Source: Hormiphora californensis
Taxonomy: Eukaryota; Animalia; Ctenophora
Length of the DNA: 64,000 nt
NCBI GenBank assembly: GCA_020137815.1
Contig: CM035361.1
Coordinates: 4,526,001-4,590,000, forward strand
Direction of reading: 5' to 3'
The notes under the pieces are model-generated. The model ran no database searches. It was not told where the DNA came from and saw only the letters and a program-made list of their open reading frames with translations. Below, one piece after another: positions 59,301-64,000 of this stretch. The position numbers and the translations under genes are program-made. Each line of letters opens with the position of its first letter. Position 1 is the first letter of the stretch.

Positions 59301-62300
59301 CCTAGATTAGACTTAAATCCCTTCCCACCCCTTATTATTTTCTATATAATTACTTAACAGTTGACTTGTACCTTCCAACAAAAACAAAATAACAATTTTA
59401 GGAGTTATAACGATGGAGCTAGCAGTACACAAAGGTGGTCTGGTGCATTCGATGAGGATCGATACAGCGAGAGATCTTACGATAGATTTACTGATAGGTA
59501 TGCATACTCAATTATTGAAAAGTTTGTCAAAATTTGTGGTTAAATTTCAACTTTTTTAGTAAACCCATCGGCCAATAATTTGATTATTCTTCCCGCAAGG
59601 TCATACCAAAGGCGCCGTTCAACGTCACCAGCAGAGGAAAGCAGGAGACCACGACCCCCTCCACCGGTACGAATTAATGCCGGTCTTATCTTTTTGGAAC
59701 ACCCTGTACAGACCTTTAACAAATTACAAAGTCTCAACTCACACGAGTCTGACTAGTTAGAATTAAACTACCGTTCAACATGATTCACATGTCCATTGCA
59801 CAATCACTGCAGTACCATTAAACCCACTCAGAGTGACCTCATCCATATAGAGGGGTGTTAAGTCGAACACGTCACTGCTCGGAAAATTGTTGTAGTCCAA
59901 AAGTGAGATTCAGAGTCCCCAAAACAAGGTTCGGGTTTGGTGGCGCGCGCGACATGATGAAAAGTGGTAAAGTTGGGGTTGTGAGCAGTAGCGGAGTGCG
60001 CGTGACTCATTGACAGTAGAGGGAGACTGTGCAATTCATACCTGCAGCAGCTGCATGGGTCCGAACTCCCATTGGATTTAGAACGAGGAGATCAAACTCA
60101 TATCAAAAGAGTAAACAATTACTTAGCTCTCAATTAACCCAAAAATCCCCCCGTTTCAGCGTCACGAGGAACCTCCAGCTCCACCAGCAAAACCGGGCAT
60201 GGCTTTCCAGATAACGTTTGATGAACCAAAGGTTGATTCTCCTCGGAGACCAGGAAAAAAGAAGCGAAGTTCACCACCAAAAGCGTCCACACCTGTTGAC
60301 TCAAATAGGTAACACGCCTCTTTATATTCTGCCGTTTCATTTTGTAGGTTTATCTCCATTATGGTTGAGTTATCTTTGATTCCGAAACTTCTCAAACCTG
60401 CTAATTTTTTTCAGGGTGACCGAGCCTGTAGAAAAACGAAACGGGTGTGATAAAGAGTCAGACAGGGGTTCCGACAAACAGTCGGATAAACAGTCAGACA
60501 GAGGATCAGATAAGCAATCAAATGGGGGATCCGATAGAGGGTCAGACAAGCAGTCAGACAAACTCTCGGACAAACTCTCGGACAAACTCTCTGATAAAAT
60601 GTCAGATTCACAAGTGAAAATAATTGAGGATTATGAGTTACCAGACGAGGTAACATAACTTAGTTAGATTGGTTACCCTTTCGTTAGCACTTGGTTACCA
60701 TAGTTACCCTGTTGGTTAGCATTATGGTTGCTATGGTAACTCCACATATTTTCTACACATTTTCTCTCACTAGCAGCTACTGGGATTTCCCTTAACAAAA
60801 ATAAAGCGAATTGAAAGGGTAAAAAAATGCGCTAGTATCAGTTTTGACTTGGCTATTTTTCATCAATTTACAGTTTAACTTTTCTCTGTTGCTAATAAAA
60901 ATGGAGTGTGAGAGGGAGAGAAAATGAGGGAGAGCTGAAGAGAGGGATTGAGAGATGTGTTAGTGGTAAATTCTAAACCGACCACTTTTTTTAGCTATTT
61001 GCCCCGTGTTCCCGTTTATATTTTCATTGACACAGCACCAATCATGTACACCAGTCTAAGATTCTAACATTTAACACTTTTATACATTTCTCTAACTGTT
61101 AGGGAAATGTATGAAAATGTTTAATGTTAGATAACACGACATTCGAACACTTTTATACATTTCTTTAACAAACATTTCGATCAGGTTGTACTGAATGGTG
61201 TCACCAAGAATCATGAGAAGGATCATGAGGTAGAAAGTCCTGCTGCATCTGAGAAATCGTAAGTTTATCTTAATCAGGAACCGACCGAAACAAGTAAACA
61301 ACCAATCAGAACTCGTTATTTAGGTCACGTGACTGGTTATCAGCCAATCAGGGACCAGTATTTCCTGATTGGGTCGGTTCCTGATCTTAATCAGCTCCTA
61401 TTGATTTTAACTTGAGTACTCAGTAATTGCTGAGAAGTTACAAATTTAAAGTTCTAACTAAATACATCTCCATCTTTAATTTGAAGAACACGGTTTAAAG
61501 TTTTATTACACTTAGTTGTTATGTTCTAACCCTCCTTTACGGGGCGCGCGAAACAGAGTCTAGCTAGGCAAACACACAGTAACAACAAGTACAGTAACCA
61601 ATTTAAAATTTTAACTAACTAAATCTATTTCCCAGAGAGGAGAGTGACTTTTTATACCCCCGGACCCCCCCCTCTGGCCTTAATATATATATATAACTAA
61701 CTAAATCTATTTCCCAGAGAGGAGCTGTCGATGGAGGATCCAGCTGTAAAAAAAGAGCTGACACAATGGGCAAATTCCCTGCTGAGGAGAAAGGATTATG
61801 TCCCCGTGTTTTCCATCCATGACGCCTTGAAAGATGGCAGAACCCTGGGACAACTTCTCCATTGTATAAGTAGGTGGCAATTATATCTCCTATCCGCTCG
61901 AGAGGATAGCTGTCAATTATGAGTTGATATCAGGAACCGACCGAATCAGGAAATACTGGTCCCTGATTGGCGGATAACCAGTCATGTGACCTAAATAACG
62001 AGCTCTGATTGGTTGTTTACTTGTTTCGGTCGGTTCATAGTTGATATCTTCACATAATAATATAAAGTAAGTAGAAATAATGATTTGATTCGAAACAGCC
62101 AAACTCAACATCTCTCGGGCCTCCAAATCCTAAACTTACCCCATTTTAGCTGATCTCTAGCAACTAGAAAATAACACCCCATCTTCAATCTCCAGCCGAT
62201 GAGAAAGTATCGGACCTGAATAAGGACCCCCGAATGAGGGTGGAGATATTGCCCAACATTGACAAGTGCCTACAATTCTCCAAGGTAATGACATTTCCAT

Positions 62301-64000
62301 ATAAGGCTCTGTCCATATATGGCTCTGTCCATATATATGCATTTTTAATCTTGATTCTGTTTTTTTACAGGAATTTGATCTCCTTCAAGGGGATTGTTTT
62401 TCATTTGGAAAAGTATACCACTTGTTATTGTCCCAGCTCGTAAAACATACCTTGATCATATATTAATCTTGTAATTTATGTTTAATTATTATATCTAAAT
62501 CTCTCGTGTGCTCTAATTGGCGGGCGCACGAATGGCAGTCTAGCTTGGCAACTAATTGGAGGCCTGTAAAAAAACAAATGAAAACAAGTGGTTTTACCAA
62601 ACAATTGTTTCACTACCAGCGGTAGATGAAGATCATCAGTGGAATAAAAAAACATTAAAATCCAACTTTTCTCTCCAGAACAAGCACATGATGATTGGAG
62701 ATGTTGCTTCTCGCGATGTTGTCAAGGGGGATGAACTGCAGATAACTATTCTCCTGGAACAACTTAGAGCGGCACATAAACGCAGATTAGAGGTGAGAGA
62801 ATTACCAAATATGGTACATAGTATAACCATATATGGTCATCACGTGACACTTGACATTTGATATATCACGTGTTTTGTAGCCGATCTCAACTGACTCAAA
62901 CAGGATTGAGAGTGAAACACAAGTAGGTTTAATCACACAGCGTGTATTTTGTGTATCTGTTGGGGTTGTCAGTGTTATAGTGGTGTTTTGTATCTGTTGA
63001 CTGTTTGGGTCTCTTTTTGAAGGGGGATCTTTGTTATATTATTTCTCTGTTTTGTCCTTATAATGGTGCAGTTTGACTATACCGCAAAATGGGTATATGG
63101 ACTAAACGGGGTAAGGCACGGACCAATTCTATGATCTCTAAAAGCTAAAACTGTATTTTTCCTCATCTTCTGGGTTTTTTATTTTCTCCATGAACCACAA
63201 CTATCTTGTCCTCTGTGTAGCTTTGTTTCCTTGCTGAATATCTCACCTTTTTCAGTGTCCCTCTATCCCAGTGAGAAGTCCAGATGAAGATAAATGTAAG
63301 TCCACGTCATGATGGTCCCTAATTTTTATTTACGCTACCATGCACGTTCCATAAATTATAAAATGGTATTCGACCAAATAATCCCTAATTCAATGTGAGT
63401 AGTCGATTCACACGAGAGAGCTCAATCGATCCAGGACCGAGAGCAGAAAACAAATGAAAACAAGTGGTAAAACCACGTGTTTTCATTTGTAATCCCTAAT
63501 TCCACTAAGACAAAATCCACCTTCATTCTAACACTCAGGTCTTGCATCAGCAGTGTCAACCCGATCACTCACTACAACCACTCTCGGATCAAATGTGGTT
63601 ACCATCACCAACCACCATCATGGTAACCACCATGGTAACCATGGTAACCAAATGCAGACATCTCACAACATGTCACGTGATGGAGAACCATCCCTTCACC
63701 TCCTACCCTCTTTGCTACACGTGGGAACACCACCCGATCATCATCACCTATTGGGGGAGGGATCACCATCCCATCATCACCTATTTGGTGATGGAACACC
63801 TTTCCTCCTGGGTGATGATGGTGATGGATCACCTTTCCTTCTGGGTATTGATGGTGACGGATCGTCTCCTGGTGAGGTATCAACGGAGGAATTCCACTCA
63901 CTTGACACCTCCCATTTCATGTATTTTACCGAGACTACAGAGTCACCCATGGTGATGAATGTGTCACCCATGGCAACACCCATGGTGATGAAAGTGTCAC
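44760..64000 (+). CDS. CEP170: CEP170-like centrosomal protein (FHA domain) with an additional calponin-homology domain; incomplete at the window end
   Basis: FHA exons 44760-44870, 44971-45060, 45184-45334 (FGKED, RSVSKHHAVI, TFVNDTRI..GDSVRFGAD); PKGSALYGQPAWWGEED at 50609-50709; AFQITFDE near 60200; phase-consistent exon chain through 53781, 54963, 55222, 59402, 59600, 60160, 60415, 61185 to CH exons at about 61718-62791. Confidence 0.8.
47031..48436. mobile_element. Tc1/mariner-type foldback element (~465-bp arms) in a CEP170 intron
   Basis: TA|CTGTGTG...CACACAG|TA; inner inverted pair at 47492-47513 / 47877-47898. Confidence 0.8.
48447..48554 (+). mobile_element. hAT-type MITE; internally deleted copy at 50364-50447
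   Basis: Same TIR and interior as the family. Confidence 0.8.
48897..49223. repeat. 44-bp minisatellite, about 7.5 copies
   Basis: Units of ctggagagagaaaaagtggaatagcgagtgagagtggtgcgagt. Confidence 0.95.
56100..57206. mobile_element. Tc1/mariner-pogo-type non-autonomous element (~125-bp TIR) inserted in a degenerate tandem repeat
   Basis: TA|CCGCGTGGCCC...GGGCCACGCGG|TA. Confidence 0.8.
57631..58908. mobile_element. Kolobok-type foldback element (~625-bp arms)
   Basis: TTAA|GGGTACACC...GGTGTACCC|TTAA; mirror ORFs at 57886 and 58420. Confidence 0.85.
61275..61383 (+). mobile_element. hAT-type MITE; reverse-orientation copy at about 61931-62039
   Basis: 8-bp TSD ATCTTAAT. Confidence 0.9.

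Overview
This is animal nuclear DNA: intron-rich GT-AG genes, a TGF-beta ligand and no prokaryotic features. An early-branching invertebrate such as a ctenophore is my guess, but the sequence cannot prove it. Seven multi-exon genes were reconstructed by hand with phase-consistent splicing: a carbohydrate sulfotransferase (1967-3331, +1 frameshift); a secreted cationic WSC-like mini-protein (4927-5601); an acidic Ly6/uPAR-like GPI-type protein (8893-10125); a divergent short-prodomain TGF-beta ligand (12368-15335); a long minus-strand protein with EF-hand pairs among SAXO5/TEX45-like repeats (17696-33339); eIF5 (34815-42175) with its overlapping uORF bearing three poor-context AUGs; and a CEP170-like gene (44760 to beyond 64000) that also splices into a calponin-homology domain. 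A possible degraded sulfotransferase lies at about 11.1-12.2 kb. Introns and intergenic DNA are packed with non-autonomous DNA transposons, including eight kb-scale foldback elements whose termini and target-site duplications (TSDs) point to Kolobok, Academ, Chapaev, Merlin and Tc1/mariner types, plus a hAT MITE in 11 copies. The most unusual observations are the CEP170-CH domain architecture, the EF-hand/microtubule-repeat protein, recurrent intronic copies of neighbouring splice junctions, and intron-filling palindromes. Family assignments come from remembered motifs, not database searches.
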